From an uncultured Gemmatimonadaceae bacterium (GTDB lineage Bacteria; Gemmatimonadota; Gemmatimonadetes; Gemmatimonadales; Gemmatimonadaceae), in the NCBI GenBank assembly GCA_963740355.1, contig CAVUDW010000002.1, positions 1,280,001-1,344,000 of the forward strand: a stretch of 64,000 nucleotides of DNA, in the 5' to 3' direction. This document shows, piece after piece, positions 1-11,897 of the stretch. Below the pieces are notes generated by a model, which saw nothing but the letters and a program-made list of their open reading frames with translations, made no database searches and had not been told where the DNA came from. Position numbers and translations under genes: made by a program. Within the stretch, counting starts at the first letter, position 1. Each line of letters opens with the position of its first letter.

Positions 1-362
1 GGGCACCAGGCATCACCCCGTATGCGCGCGGTGTGCTGTCGCGCACCACCATCGAGGAGATGTGGCGCGGCATCGTGCCCCTGGCGGCGGGGAGTCGCGA
101 CTCGGTCGGCCTTGGGTTCTTCCTCGAGGAGCGCAATGGCATTCGTCTGGTCGCCCACACTGGAAGCCAGGCAGGCTTCCGCGCCTTCTTCTACCTCGAC
201 CCTTCCACCAAAGCCGGCGTGGTCGCGGTCTTCAACACGGCACCGACAGACGATCCGCGCAATCCGACGGATTCGACCGACGCCAAGCCACACATCTCGC
301 TGATCTTCAGCGGGTTGCTCGATCGTCTCACGAAGGGAGTCTTCCCGCTGTACCGTCACTGA
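1..362 (+). CDS. Serine hydrolase (beta-lactamase/PBP-like family), C-terminal fragment running off the window edge
   Basis: The frame is open from the window start to TGA at 360-362. It contains the class-C-like C-terminal motif GLGF...VAHTGSQAGF..F.Y.DP....GVV.VFN. Confidence 0.75.
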   Translation, partial: APGITPYARGVLSRTTIEEMWRGIVPLAAGSRDSVGLGFFLEERNGIRLVAHTGSQAGFRAFFYLDPSTKAGVVAVFNTAPTDDPRNPTDSTDAKPHISLIFSGLLDRLTKGVFPLYRH

Positions 363-395
363 GCGACGCGCACGTCCCGCCGCTATCTTCGCGCC

Positions 396-2147
396 ATGAC
401 ACAGTTGCGACGCACCCCGACGCTTCTTCTCGCAGCTGCGACGCTGGTCGTCGCCTGCAAGCCTGCTGACACCGCCGGAACGACGACGGCGACCAGTGCG
501 CCAGCGGCGACACCGGTCGCGACTCGCCTGGCATCGCGCCCCGCGAGGGTCGCCACCGCCGACTCGGCGATGGTGGTGTCGGCTTCGCCCTACGCGACGC
601 AGGCCGGTCTCGACGTGCTGCGCGCCGGCGGCAACGCGGTGGATGCCGCTGTCGCGGTAGCGATGACGTTGGCGGTGACCTACCCCGCCGCCGGTAATAT
701 CGGCGGCGGTGGATTCATGTTGGCCCGGATCGATGGGAAGAACGTTGCGCTCGATTTCCGCGAGATCGCACCGCGCGCGGCGTCGCGAGACATGTACCTG
801 GATGTTTCGGGCAACGTCACGGACAAGAGCCTGACAGGGGCGCTGGCAGCGGGAGTTCCGGGGTCGGTGGCCGGATTGTACGAGGCGCACAAGAAGTTCG
901 GGCGCCGGCCGTGGGCCGAGGTCGTGGCTCCTGCCATCGCGCTGGCAGAGAAAGGGTTTGCCATCGACTCCGCATTCAGCGACGACGACGAAAGTGGTGC
1001 GCATCGCCTCGAGAAGGATTCAGCCAGTGCGGCGCTCTTCCTCAAGAATGGCCGTTTCAGGGCGGTCGGTGATACCTGGAGCGCGCCTGAACTGGCGCAG
1101 GTCCTGAAGCGTATCGCAGCGCGTGGTCGCGATGGCTTCTACACCGGTGAAACCGCCGCGCTGATCGTGGCGGCGATGAAGAAAGGCGGCGGTATCATTT
1201 CGCTGGCTGACCTCGCGACCTATCGACCGGTCTGGCGCGACCCGATTGCATTCGACTACCGCGGCCACCACATCGTGTCGATGCCACCGGTCTCCTCCGG
1301 TGGTCTCACGCTCGCCCTCATACTCGGCATTCTCGAAGGCAAGGATGTCTCATCGCTCGGCTGGCGGTCGCCGGCGTCGATTCATCTGCTGGCCGAGGCG
1401 GAACGGCGCGCCTATGCGCGGCGCAACACGCTGCTCGGCGATCCGGCGTTCATGAAGATTCCGGTCCAGTCGTTTCTCTCCCCTGACACGGCCGCTGCAC
1501 TGCGCGCTCAGATCGGCGAGAAGTCGTCGGGAAGTGCGAACGCCGCAGCCACGAAGGAGCCGAAGCACACCACGCATTTCTCGGTGGTCGATGCGGCCGG
1601 CAATGCGGTCGCCATCACTACCACGCTCAACGAGAGTTATGGCGCGGCATTCACCGTGCCCGGCGGGCAGTTCCTGATGAACGATGAGATGGATGATTTC
1701 ACGACCAAGATTGGTGCCGTGAACGCGATGGGCCTGGTGCAGGGTAGTGCCAACGCCATCGTGCCCGGCAAGCGCATGTTGTCGAGCATGACACCGACGA
1801 TCATGCTCGATTCGACGAACCGTGTGGAACTCGTGACGGGTGCGGCTGGTGGCGCGTACATCATCACGGCCGTCGCGCACCAGATCGTGAGCATCGTGGA
1901 CTACGGTCGTACACTCGCCGAAGCGATGGCGGCCCCGCAATTCCATCATCAGGATGTGCCGGACTCCCTGGTGGTCGAGAACACGGCCTGGGCTGACAGC
2001 GCCATCGCATTCATGCGTCCACTCGGTCACGGCGTGAAGACATCACCGTGGGGATTCCTTGCGAACGTGCAGAGCATTCATCGCGAAGGGCGGCAATGGA
2101 GCGGTGTGACTGAACCTCGCGGTCGTGGGTTGGCGAAGGGCTACTGA
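396..2147 (+). CDS. ggt: Gamma-glutamyltransferase (probable lipoprotein)
   Basis: Motifs GGNAVDAAVA, GNIGGGGF, DFRE.AP, the autoprocessing site H-TTHFSVVD, NDEMDDF and PGKRMLSSMTP. Lipobox LVVAC. Confidence 0.95.
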   Translation: MTQLRRTPTLLLAAATLVVACKPADTAGTTTATSAPAATPVATRLASRPARVATADSAMVVSASPYATQAGLDVLRAGGNAVDAAVAVAMTLAVTYPAAGNIGGGGFMLARIDGKNVALDFREIAPRAASRDMYLDVSGNVTDKSLTGALAAGVPGSVAGLYEAHKKFGRRPWAEVVAPAIALAEKGFAIDSAFSDDDESGAHRLEKDSASAALFLKNGRFRAVGDTWSAPELAQVLKRIAARGRDGFYTGETAALIVAAMKKGGGIISLADLATYRPVWRDPIAFDYRGHHIVSMPPVSSGGLTLALILGILEGKDVSSLGWRSPASIHLLAEAERRAYARRNTLLGDPAFMKIPVQSFLSPDTAAALRAQIGEKSSGSANAAATKEPKHTTHFSVVDAAGNAVAITTTLNESYGAAFTVPGGQFLMNDEMDDFTTKIGAVNAMGLVQGSANAIVPGKRMLSSMTPTIMLDSTNRVELVTGAAGGAYIITAVAHQIVSIVDYGRTLAEAMAAPQFHHQDVPDSLVVENTAWADSAIAFMRPLGHGVKTSPWGFLANVQSIHREGRQWSGVTEPRGRGLAKGY

Positions 2148-2282
2148 TCGCCGCAAGGACCGCGCAACGTGCTGCGCTGATTCGTTCGCTCGTGCACGAT
2201 TTCGGTAATGGTCTTGAGGGCTCGGTGTGCCATTGTGTGGCATGTCGAGCCCTTGCCAAATCCCTCGAATAGAGAGCAGACT

Positions 2283-2876
2283 ATGGCTATGCCTGTCACG
2301 CGCCATTGGACTGTTGCTGACGTGCGTGAACTCACGCGCGAGGATCGGCCGTGGCCGCGATACGAACTCATCGATGGTGAACTGCTCGTGACGCCGGCGC
2401 CGCAGAATCGGCACCAAATCACATGCCAGGAGATTTGGAAGCTGTTGGATGCGTACGTCACGATCGCGAACACCGGTCTCGCCGTGATGTCGCCATCGGA
2501 CCTCGAGCTCCGTACTGGCACGATCACCCAGCCGGACGTTTTCGTGGCGCCGTTCGACACACCAATCGCTAGTGTGTTCCTCGAATGGTCCGATGTGCGG
2601 TCGCTGCTGCTTGCCGTCGAGGTTCTGTCACCGAGTTCGCTTCGGACGGACCGGGTGGTGAAGCGTGACTTCTATCTCGCCAACCATGTCGATGAATACT
2701 GGATCGTCGATATCGATGCACGCGTGATCGAGCGTTGGCGCCCAGTACAGGAAACACCCGAGTTGCATCGCGCAGAGATCGCGTGGTCGCCGATTGGACG
2801 AGCGCCGCTCGTGATCGATGTGCAAGAGTTGTTCGACACGATCGATGCCAAGGCGCGACTGCTTCCTCGCCCGTAG
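2283..2876 (+). CDS. Uma2 family (PD-(D/E)XK) putative endonuclease
   Basis: RYELIDGELLVTPAP..H, QPDVFV, LAVEVLSPSS...DR..KR..Y, EYWIVD. Start moved to ATG 2283 (MAMP). Confidence 0.9.
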   Translation: MAMPVTRHWTVADVRELTREDRPWPRYELIDGELLVTPAPQNRHQITCQEIWKLLDAYVTIANTGLAVMSPSDLELRTGTITQPDVFVAPFDTPIASVFLEWSDVRSLLLAVEVLSPSSLRTDRVVKRDFYLANHVDEYWIVDIDARVIERWRPVQETPELHRAEIAWSPIGRAPLVIDVQELFDTIDAKARLLPRP

Positions 2877-2909
2877 CGAAGGAGCAGCCGCGCGCCCGGT
2901 TGTTGCAGT

Positions 2910-4565
<1,656 letters not shown>

Positions 4566-4722
4566 CGCGTCATCCCCACTCGATCCGCCTGGAACTGTAT
4601 GAAGTCATGCGGAGGATCGACTCGATGCCACGGTGCGTCTTCGCATGGTGGCAGCGGCGCGGACGTCACATGTCTCGCGTCAGGATCTTGCCGCTGGGAA
4701 TCGTGACGCGTATTTCGTGCCG

Positions 4723-4765
4723 AAAAAAATCGGGCGGCACCGCATCACTCGCGGTACCGCCCGAT
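4723..4765 (-). terminator. Intrinsic terminator downstream of the 4836-5927 gene
   Basis: On the minus strand: ATCGGGCGGTACCGC-GAGTGAT-GCGGTGCCGCCCGAT followed by a T run (A7 at 4723-4729 on +). Confidence 0.85.
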
Positions 4766-4835
4766 CCGTGGTGCAGCCCCGTGGCCGCTGATACTTCAGG
4801 CCTGTTGCTGCGCACTGGTCATCCTGGCACCGATG

Positions 4836-5927
4836 CTACTGATATTGAATGTAGCTGATGGTGGGGCGCAAGCGCAGCAGTTCCGACGGCAGCAGGAGCG
4901 CGTCGCCCTTCTTGGTGTCGTTGTGATAGAAGAGCTTGAATCCCGTGAACTGTACAGGATGGTTCACGATGTAGTCGCGGAACGAATCGAGCTTGAGCCA
5001 GGGCGGGCCCCAGCCGTCCATGTGCATCACCACCTGCACGTTGCGCGTCGGCCGGATGTTTTCGGCATCCGGGACCATCTTGCGGGTGAATCGATGCACG
5101 ACCAGCACTTTCGGGGGCAAGTGCTTGTCCGTCACGAGCTTGTCGAGCGTGCGAATCACGTAGTTGATGTCGCTCGCCATCATCGTGCCGATCTTGCTGC
5201 TGGGCCGCGCGCCTTCCTTGTCGTAATGCATGTAGAACTCGGGATCCACGCCGAGGTGGACGTCCGGGCGCTCGAGATACGTCAGGAGCGCGGGGAGTTC
5301 CTGCTGCAACGTGCTGTGCGAGGCCTGAATGTCGAGAATGAGAATGCCATTCCGGCTCTTCGCCCAGGCATACGTCTTTTCGATCATCGATGGATCTTCG
5401 CGGCGCCGCCACATCCCGTCCGCGCCTGCGGCGCCCTGCGCCACCACCGTCACGAGGTGGATCGCAGGCATCACCGGCGTGGACGGATCCGCGGTATTCC
5501 ACTCCTGCACAGTTCGGTCCCACATGCGGAGCATTTCCTGCTCCTCGTACTCGCCGATCACACCCATCTTCTTCGAGTGTGGGTTGCCGTAGTACGCCAC
5601 GATGCGCTTGGCCGGGAGAATGGCGCCCGGGGCGCCCTCGACTTCAGGCCACTTCGCAACACTGGCGTCTCCCGCCTTGATCGCCGCCGCATAGGAGCGC
5701 TGGTCCATGCCCGAGCGACCTTCGCGCAGCACGCCGGGGGCCGGTGGCACCGTGTCGCGTCGGACGGCGGGCGCCGTCGCAGCGACCCCAGCCTTCGCGG
5801 AATCGGCCGGCGCGGCAGGCTTCGGCGTGTCCTTCGAACACCCTGCGAGGAGTGCCGTGAGCAGCACAGCGATGCCGGCGGAATGAGCCGTGCCGGTTGG
5901 AACCGTGCGAGAAACCTTCAGCAGCAT
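4836..5927 (-). CDS. Conserved hypothetical lipoprotein (possibly glycoside-hydrolase-like barrel)
   Basis: Lipobox LLAGC, Ala/Pro linker, then a globular domain with RIVAYYGNP, LDIQ, LGVDPEF, HRF, MDGWG and GFKLFY. Terminator downstream. Confidence 0.75.
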   Translation of the reverse strand: MLLKVSRTVPTGTAHSAGIAVLLTALLAGCSKDTPKPAAPADSAKAGVAATAPAVRRDTVPPAPGVLREGRSGMDQRSYAAAIKAGDASVAKWPEVEGAPGAILPAKRIVAYYGNPHSKKMGVIGEYEEQEMLRMWDRTVQEWNTADPSTPVMPAIHLVTVVAQGAAGADGMWRRREDPSMIEKTYAWAKSRNGILILDIQASHSTLQQELPALLTYLERPDVHLGVDPEFYMHYDKEGARPSSKIGTMMASDINYVIRTLDKLVTDKHLPPKVLVVHRFTRKMVPDAENIRPTRNVQVVMHMDGWGPPWLKLDSFRDYIVNHPVQFTGFKLFYHNDTKKGDALLLPSELLRLRPTISYIQYQ

Positions 5928-6090
5928 GGAGTCAGCGAGAGTCAGCGGAGGTGAGCGCGAAATTCGTGCACCGAGTCGTGCCAGCCGACGCCACAGCGAT
6001 GGACACCAGCGTCGGTGAACACAATGAATGGGGCTAAGCTAGTCGCGCCCGGAAGCTCGGGCCTCGCCACGTCCGGCGGATCACCCGCTG

Positions 6091-7521
6091 CTACCGCACC
6101 CGGCCGAGGTGATACTGAATCCCGCTCGCGGTCACGTTCTGCAAGTGCAGGATTCGGCCACCGTTGACCGACTCGAAGGCGACAGCAAACGTCTCGCTCT
6201 TCCCCTCGAAACGATTCGTGAGTGTGAGCTCCCAATTCCCGCGCATGCTCCAGCGGCCCACGTATTCGTTCTGGTACACGCGCTGCGACCCGGTCATCCC
6301 GCTCGCGCCGGCGTGTTTGCTGGTGTACGTGCCATCGGCGCGAAGGAAGAACTGATTGCTCGTCGCCGTCGAGTTCATCCCAGCGTAGTTCCCGGTGGCC
6401 GTGTAGTACATGTCGATGCCTGTTGCGCTGCTCTCGGACCAATGCCCGACGACATCCGACGGCGCCACCGCAAATCGATTCACGCCAAGCGCCGATTCGA
6501 GGTCGTCCGGCTTGGGATACGCCTGCAGATACACCGCTCGACTTGGCGCGACCACCAGGATATTCAACGCACCGCCGCCAGTCCGGTGCACGTTCATGCC
6601 GATGTAGACCGGCGTCCCGGTGGCACGTTCGATGGCATCCGTCTCACGGTAGACCGTCTGCGAATACGCGAGGTCAGCGCGCCGACGATCGATCGCACGG
6701 ATGTCGTACCGTGGCAGGATGTCGCGATTCCAGAAGTAGTCCTCGACATCGATCACCGGCGGACGCATCTGCTCGGTCATCGGCACCCGCCGAAACAGGT
6801 ACACCGTGATCGGACCGCGGACCGCTTTTACGAACGCCGCGTCGTCAGTGGTCACCCAGCCGTCGGCGAAGGTCGTGGTCGTGAAGTGAAACCCGGCATC
6901 GCCGGCTGTTCGCGACGCGGACGTTTCTGTCGGCTCGGCTGCTGTGGGTGGCGTGCTTGCGATTGCCACAGGATGTTCAGCGGGCGGCGCGCTGGAGGGC
7001 GGTGTCGCGGCCGAGGTGCTCGGCGAGGGTTGGGACGGAGGCTCAGCGCTCGAGACAGTGGCTTGTCCCGACGCGACCTGGGTGTTTCGCTGCGCAATCT
7101 CGATCACATAGATGTAGCGATCCCGCCGATTCGCCTCGAACGAGAGCAGATAGGCGGGGCCGCCCTTCTCCGCCACCACAAGCCCGGTGTCGGTTGGATC
7201 CGGCGTCACGGTCCAGCCCGCGGCTGTCAGCACAGCGAGGAACTCCGGCTGCCATGGCGCATCGAGCGGAACCTTGAACACCTCGAGCGGATCGCCGAGT
7301 GTGAAGCCACGCTTGCCGCCATCAAGTTTGAGCGACAGACGCGCGGCGCCGCGATAGAGACCGCTCTTGCTGAGCGATGCGCCGGAGGGCATGGCGACAC
7401 CCAGCAGCGCGGACGCCTGCATCACCGCTGCCTGCGTGTTGGCTAGTGCCGCGCTGCTCTGCGCTCGTGCGACAGGGGCCTGCGACGCGAACGCCAGAAC
7501 TGCCGCGATGATCGCTTTCAT
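6091..7521 (-). CDS. Secreted hypothetical protein, two domains joined by a Pro/Ser/Thr linker
   Basis: Signal peptide from ATG 7521 (MKAIIAAVLAFASQAPVARA-Q). Low-complexity linker and beta-rich C-terminal region. Confidence 0.7.
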   Translation of the reverse strand: MKAIIAAVLAFASQAPVARAQSSAALANTQAAVMQASALLGVAMPSGASLSKSGLYRGAARLSLKLDGGKRGFTLGDPLEVFKVPLDAPWQPEFLAVLTAAGWTVTPDPTDTGLVVAEKGGPAYLLSFEANRRDRYIYVIEIAQRNTQVASGQATVSSAEPPSQPSPSTSAATPPSSAPPAEHPVAIASTPPTAAEPTETSASRTAGDAGFHFTTTTFADGWVTTDDAAFVKAVRGPITVYLFRRVPMTEQMRPPVIDVEDYFWNRDILPRYDIRAIDRRRADLAYSQTVYRETDAIERATGTPVYIGMNVHRTGGGALNILVVAPSRAVYLQAYPKPDDLESALGVNRFAVAPSDVVGHWSESSATGIDMYYTATGNYAGMNSTATSNQFFLRADGTYTSKHAGASGMTGSQRVYQNEYVGRWSMRGNWELTLTNRFEGKSETFAVAFESVNGGRILHLQNVTASGIQYHLGRVR

Positions 7522-7684
7522 GATGCCAGGGTGCTGGTGCGCGCAACGGCGAGCGGTCGCCGTCAACCCGCGGAGGCGCAGACCTGCGTCTCGCGCGAGC
7601 GACGGATGGGGCATTCACGTATATAACGGTCCAGGCTGCGCCATTTTCTCATCACACCTTCCCGAACGACGGCACACACCCCGG

Positions 7685-8365
7685 ATGACCACCGTCCTGA
7701 TTTTCGGCGCCAGCGGCATGATCGGGCAGGGCGTCCTCGACGCCTGCCTGCGTGATGCCAGTGTCGATCGGATCATCGTGATCGGTCGGACGCGCATTGG
7801 GCGCACCGATGCCAGGATCCATCAGGTCGTGACGGCCGACGTCACGGCCCTCGCGCCACACGCCGCGCTCTTGTCCACCGTCAACGCCTGCTTCTACTGC
7901 CTTGGCACATCGGCGGCAGGGATGAACGAGGCGGCATACACGCGCGTCACGTACGACATCGCGATGGCCATTGCGCCACAACTGGCCAGATTCGCGCCTT
8001 CGATGACGTTCATTTACGTGTCAGGCCTGGGCACCGACAGCACCGAGCGCACAGGCGCGATGTGGGCGCGGGTGAAGGGGCGCACCGAGAATGCGCTGCT
8101 GGCGTTGCCATTTCGGGCCTCGTACATGTTCCGACCGGGCCTCGTGATGCCGGAAGGGAATGCCAGGTCGAAGACGGCCGTCTACCGCGTGGCGTACCTT
8201 GTGCTTGCGCCGCTGCTGCCGCTGCTGAAGCGATTCTTCCCGGCGTACATCACCACCACCGGCGAAGTCGGTCGTGCCATGCTCAACGTGGGCCGTCGCG
8301 GCTACGCGAAACGGGTGCTCGAATCGCGGGACATCACGGCCGCGTCAACCGTGCCGCGCCTGTAG
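7685..8365 (+). CDS. NAD(P)-binding epimerase/atypical SDR (CC3/TIP30-like)
   Basis: Rossmann motif VLIFGASGMIGQG, ACFYCLGT, MWARVKGRTEN, FRPG. Start moved to ATG 7685. Confidence 0.88.
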   Translation: MTTVLIFGASGMIGQGVLDACLRDASVDRIIVIGRTRIGRTDARIHQVVTADVTALAPHAALLSTVNACFYCLGTSAAGMNEAAYTRVTYDIAMAIAPQLARFAPSMTFIYVSGLGTDSTERTGAMWARVKGRTENALLALPFRASYMFRPGLVMPEGNARSKTAVYRVAYLVLAPLLPLLKRFFPAYITTTGEVGRAMLNVGRRGYAKRVLESRDITAASTVPRL

Positions 8366-8418
8366 CTGCCGCACCTGCAGGTGGTGCGCCTCGCGCGTCG
8401 CACCACCTCCGCGAGCGA

Positions 8419-9741
8419 TCACTGCTGAATTGCGATCGTCACCAGGTCGTTCACGTTCGCCGGACCACTCACCTTCACGACACCAAAGCGCACGGCGTTG
8501 TTGGTGAGCGAGATCGTTGCCACCGCGCCAGCCGCCGTTGCAACAGCGCGTTGGATGAGCGCACCGGTGGCGAAGTTGCGGAGCTCGAGTGTGACCGGGA
8601 ATCCGGGTGCCGTGCCAGTGATGCGCACCACCTGACCATTCGTCAGTGCCGGCAGGATCCGCACATCGCGCGAGGTGCAGGTTGGCGTGATGGCAGTGGC
8701 AAACGTCACGCCGGTCGTCACATCAGTGGGAACGCAGGCGAGTCGCGGATCGGGGTTGAGTGACGTCGTGACCGAGTACGTCCCTGGATCCTGCGTGGGC
8801 GCCGTGACGAGGAAGCCGTAGGTGCCGGCACGAATCACCGCAAAACCGGTCGTCGCCGTATCGGCGACGGGCAGCCCGTAGAGCGCTCCGCTGATGTTGA
8901 GCGGGACCAGCGCCATCGGAATCGCCGGGGTCAGCTTCACTGCGTAGTACGTCTGCTCCGTCGCCGTCACGGAATACTGATTGGCCACGCGGTAGCCGAA
9001 CAGGTTCTGGCAGGTCGACAGGTCGATGCTGCCCGTGATCGTCGTGCCGATGGTGACCGGGCGAACCAGGCTGCACGCGGGCACGATCAGGATGCGCACG
9101 GTATCGCGCAGCGAATCGGCGCCGGCACGTGGCGTGGCCGCCTCGATGCTCGCAGTGCCGCTCGCAATCGCGTTCACCAGTCCGGCTGACGTCACGCTGG
9201 CCTGATTCGGCGAGAGTGTGCGCCACGATACCGGCGCCCCGACAATCACGCTGCCATTCTGGTCGCGGATCGTGACAGTAAGTGCGCGCGATCCGAGCGG
9301 CGACAGCGTGTCCACATCGGGGCGTGCATCGATGGTGGTCGCGACCTTTGCCCGCACGGTGATCGCGACGGTGGTGCTAGCCTTGTCGCCGAATGCCGTC
9401 GCAGTCAACGTCGCGGTGCCGACACCGACAGCCGTCACCAGGCCGCTCGCGTCGACGGTCGCGATCTGCGCGTTGCTGGTGCTCCAGCGGACGGTCCGGT
9501 CGTCGTTGGCGCAGCCGCCGGAGAGGCTCACCGATACCTGGCCCGTGCCACCGATGTCGATTGCGAGCGCCGTCGGTGTGGGGGTGAGCACGCGCACCGG
9601 CTCGATGATCCCGCCGCAGCTGTTGCCATCGCCGCCCGACGAACAACCGGCGACGGTCGCGCCGAGCAGCAGCGCCAGACCGAACACCTGGCGGCGGATG
9701 GTGACTGACGCGGCGCGGCGTGTCGAACGATCGAGAGTCAT
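8419..9741 (-). CDS. Ig-like (Big_2) domain lipoprotein
   Basis: Lipobox TVAGC. Big_2 repeats (VRWSTSNAQIATVDASGLVTAVGVGTATLTA). Paralog of 2910-4565 without the PT tract. Confidence 0.85.
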   Translation of the reverse strand: MTLDRSTRRAASVTIRRQVFGLALLLGATVAGCSSGGDGNSCGGIIEPVRVLTPTPTALAIDIGGTGQVSVSLSGGCANDDRTVRWSTSNAQIATVDASGLVTAVGVGTATLTATAFGDKASTTVAITVRAKVATTIDARPDVDTLSPLGSRALTVTIRDQNGSVIVGAPVSWRTLSPNQASVTSAGLVNAIASGTASIEAATPRAGADSLRDTVRILIVPACSLVRPVTIGTTITGSIDLSTCQNLFGYRVANQYSVTATEQTYYAVKLTPAIPMALVPLNISGALYGLPVADTATTGFAVIRAGTYGFLVTAPTQDPGTYSVTTSLNPDPRLACVPTDVTTGVTFATAITPTCTSRDVRILPALTNGQVVRITGTAPGFPVTLELRNFATGALIQRAVATAAGAVATISLTNNAVRFGVVKVSGPANVNDLVTIAIQQ

Positions 9742-10337
9742 CGTGGGAAGCCCATGCTGATGCCGATTTTTGCCGTGTAGGTCGAGAACGGCCGGAATTC
9801 GAGTGCGCCGATCTTCCCGAACTGCTGGCGCACGAGCTGCGCACCGGCGTCGAGATTGATCGTGCGCGAGAGTCGGATGGCCAGCCCACCACCCGCGCCG
9901 AACGCAGTCCCGTTGGCGCTGCCACCTTCCGCAAACTCGAAGGTGCCGGTCATGTGCTGCGCGGCAAATCGTGCGGAGAGGTATGGGAAGATCGTGCTCG
10001 ACGGGATCGGTGGTACCCAGCGCGGCTCGAGGAAGAGTCCCGAGATCGTGAGCCGGTCATTCACCTTGGTGTGCACGGTGTACTGCGCGCCAAGGCCGAG
10101 TGAGAGCGCGCCAAATCCCTCGCTCGCGTAGACTCGGCTGAAACGCTGCTGCAGTTCGACACCCGCGCCAGACACGGTTGTGTTTCCCGCACGAATCGTC
10201 GTGAAGAGGGCCGACAGCTGGATCGCGTAGGGCTGCGCCGATTGCGCCCGGACCGACATGACCGGCACACCCCACAGGCCCATGGCGAGCAGTGTGGTGC
10301 GAAGCAGCGAATGTGCAGCGGTGCGAATCACGAGCAT
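9738..10337 (-). CDS. Small outer-membrane beta-barrel protein (OmpA/OMP_b-brl-like)
   Basis: Signal peptide ending SVRA-Q. Alternating beta-strand pattern (FPYLSARF, GAGGGLAIRL, KIGISMGF). Its stop overlaps the next start (ATGA, 9738-9741). Confidence 0.7.
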   Translation of the reverse strand: MLVIRTAAHSLLRTTLLAMGLWGVPVMSVRAQSAQPYAIQLSALFTTIRAGNTTVSGAGVELQQRFSRVYASEGFGALSLGLGAQYTVHTKVNDRLTISGLFLEPRWVPPIPSSTIFPYLSARFAAQHMTGTFEFAEGGSANGTAFGAGGGLAIRLSRTINLDAGAQLVRQQFGKIGALEFRPFSTYTAKIGISMGFPR

Positions 10338-10395
10338 CTCGAACGGGATGTGCGGTGGGGAAGGGAAATCCTGGAACCGTGGTGCGTACGGTGCA

Positions 10396-11718
10396 TCACG
10401 GCTTCCGAAGCGTACCAACAGTGACGTCGGACGCGGAGACGGCATTCCGGCTCTTCTCGACATCCATCGAGATCGGCGCGATTCGCGTGAACGGTCGGCC
10501 ACCAGCATCGAACTTGGTCATGCGCATCTCGAAGGTCACGCGCACCACGTTGGCGTTGGCGCTGATCGTCGTGGGTGCACCCACCAGTTGCACCCGATGT
10601 CCGGCGCCGGTTGCCATGAACTCCATCAAGGGCACCTCGCCGCCGCCATCGCGCCGGACTTGCCCAACGAAGCGATCGACCGCCGACTTCACGTCGTCGG
10701 CATCCAGCAGTTCGCTGCGCGGCGTTTCGCGGACCGCTGGTGCGGCCGTCGGCACCGTGACCTGCGGCGCCGTCACCCGCGGCTGGGTCTCGGCCGCCGT
10801 CACGACTGGCTGCGCCACAACGGGACGGGCCGTCACGGGGACGGCCGTGGTTGTCGCCGGCGGCTGGGAGATCGGCACAGGTGCGGACCCGCGCGTTGCG
10901 ACTGCCGGCACCGCCGGTGCAGGAGCGCGCACGACCAGATCGAGGGCGAGCTGACCGGCGACGCCGGCATCGGCGATGATGCGCACGCGACCTGGCTTCC
11001 GACCGGTCACGGTGCCCCGCCGCCGATCGACGGTGGCGATACTGGCGTCCGTGCTGGTGTATTCGATACTGCCCGGCAACTCGGTGTTGGTGGCGCGGTC
11101 GCGCACGGCCCCGCGGAGCTGGATCAGCTCGCCCGTTCGGAGCGACTCGGAAACGAGCGGGACCATTCTGAGGACTGGAACCATCGCCATCTGTCGCGTC
11201 GATCCAACAGGTGTGCTGGTCTGGGGCGCCGGTGTCCGTGCCGGAATGCTGGCCGCCGCTGATGCCGTTGGAGTCGCCGGTGGCAGACTGGCCGGTATCG
11301 CAGGAGCAATGGTCGAGGCCGATCTGGCGCTGGCGGACTCGACCACACCAGCTGCCGGGAGACTGGCCGACGCAACCTGTGTGGCAGGCTCATCCGGAAT
11401 GTGTGCAGCTGTGTCCGCGGCAGACTGAGCGGCCCGCACCATCTCGATCGCCGGAGGCTCCGGAGCGTCGTCGGTCGTGAAATAGACTACGCCCATCAGC
11501 GCTGCGAAGCCCACGGCCGAGCCGACGATGATCCGGACGGGCCTGACCTTGCCCCGGAACAGATCGGCGCTCAAGGCAGGATTGCCGGGCAGGATCAGCG
11601 GCGTGCGCCCCGTGTCGGGAAACGGGTTCACATCCGCGCCACAGCGCGAGCAGGTGACATCGTCAACGCCAACGGGCGCCTTGCAGGTCGGACAGGTCGC
11701 GGAAAGCGTGGAGTTCAT
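10396..11718 (-). CDS. Zinc-ribbon / single-TM / Big_2 Ig-like domain protein
   Basis: N-terminal CPTC...CSRCG, TM segment IIVGSAVGFAALMGVVYF, Pro/Ala linkers, Big_2-like IEYTSTDASIATVD..GTVTG. Start moved to ATG 11718. Confidence 0.75.
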   Translation of the reverse strand: MNSTLSATCPTCKAPVGVDDVTCSRCGADVNPFPDTGRTPLILPGNPALSADLFRGKVRPVRIIVGSAVGFAALMGVVYFTTDDAPEPPAIEMVRAAQSAADTAAHIPDEPATQVASASLPAAGVVESASARSASTIAPAIPASLPPATPTASAAASIPARTPAPQTSTPVGSTRQMAMVPVLRMVPLVSESLRTGELIQLRGAVRDRATNTELPGSIEYTSTDASIATVDRRRGTVTGRKPGRVRIIADAGVAGQLALDLVVRAPAPAVPAVATRGSAPVPISQPPATTTAVPVTARPVVAQPVVTAAETQPRVTAPQVTVPTAAPAVRETPRSELLDADDVKSAVDRFVGQVRRDGGGEVPLMEFMATGAGHRVQLVGAPTTISANANVVRVTFEMRMTKFDAGGRPFTRIAPISMDVEKSRNAVSASDVTVGTLRKP

Positions 11719-11897
11719 GTCCAGCAGGGTACAGTCAGAGGGCGGAAACGCGCGGTCCTCGATGCCAAAAACATCGCGAGACACGGCTGTCGTCAGACAC
11801 TCCCCTGCGAGGATAGTGCCGCGGCGCCGATGAGCACGCCAGCCCGGCCCTCCCACCGCCCGCCCTGACCTGGTCAGCCCCACCTGGTCGGCTGTCC

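Noticed and set aside
2283..2876. Uma2 nuclease as part of a defence or mobile system
   Set aside because: Stand-alone gene with no methylase, antitoxin, integrase or flanking repeats.
4833..5954. Long antisense ORFs (also 6109-7446, 23787-25232, 30976-32244, 43515-45155, 45614-47338)
   Set aside because: Shadow ORFs expected opposite real genes in high-GC DNA; they carry no recognisable motifs.
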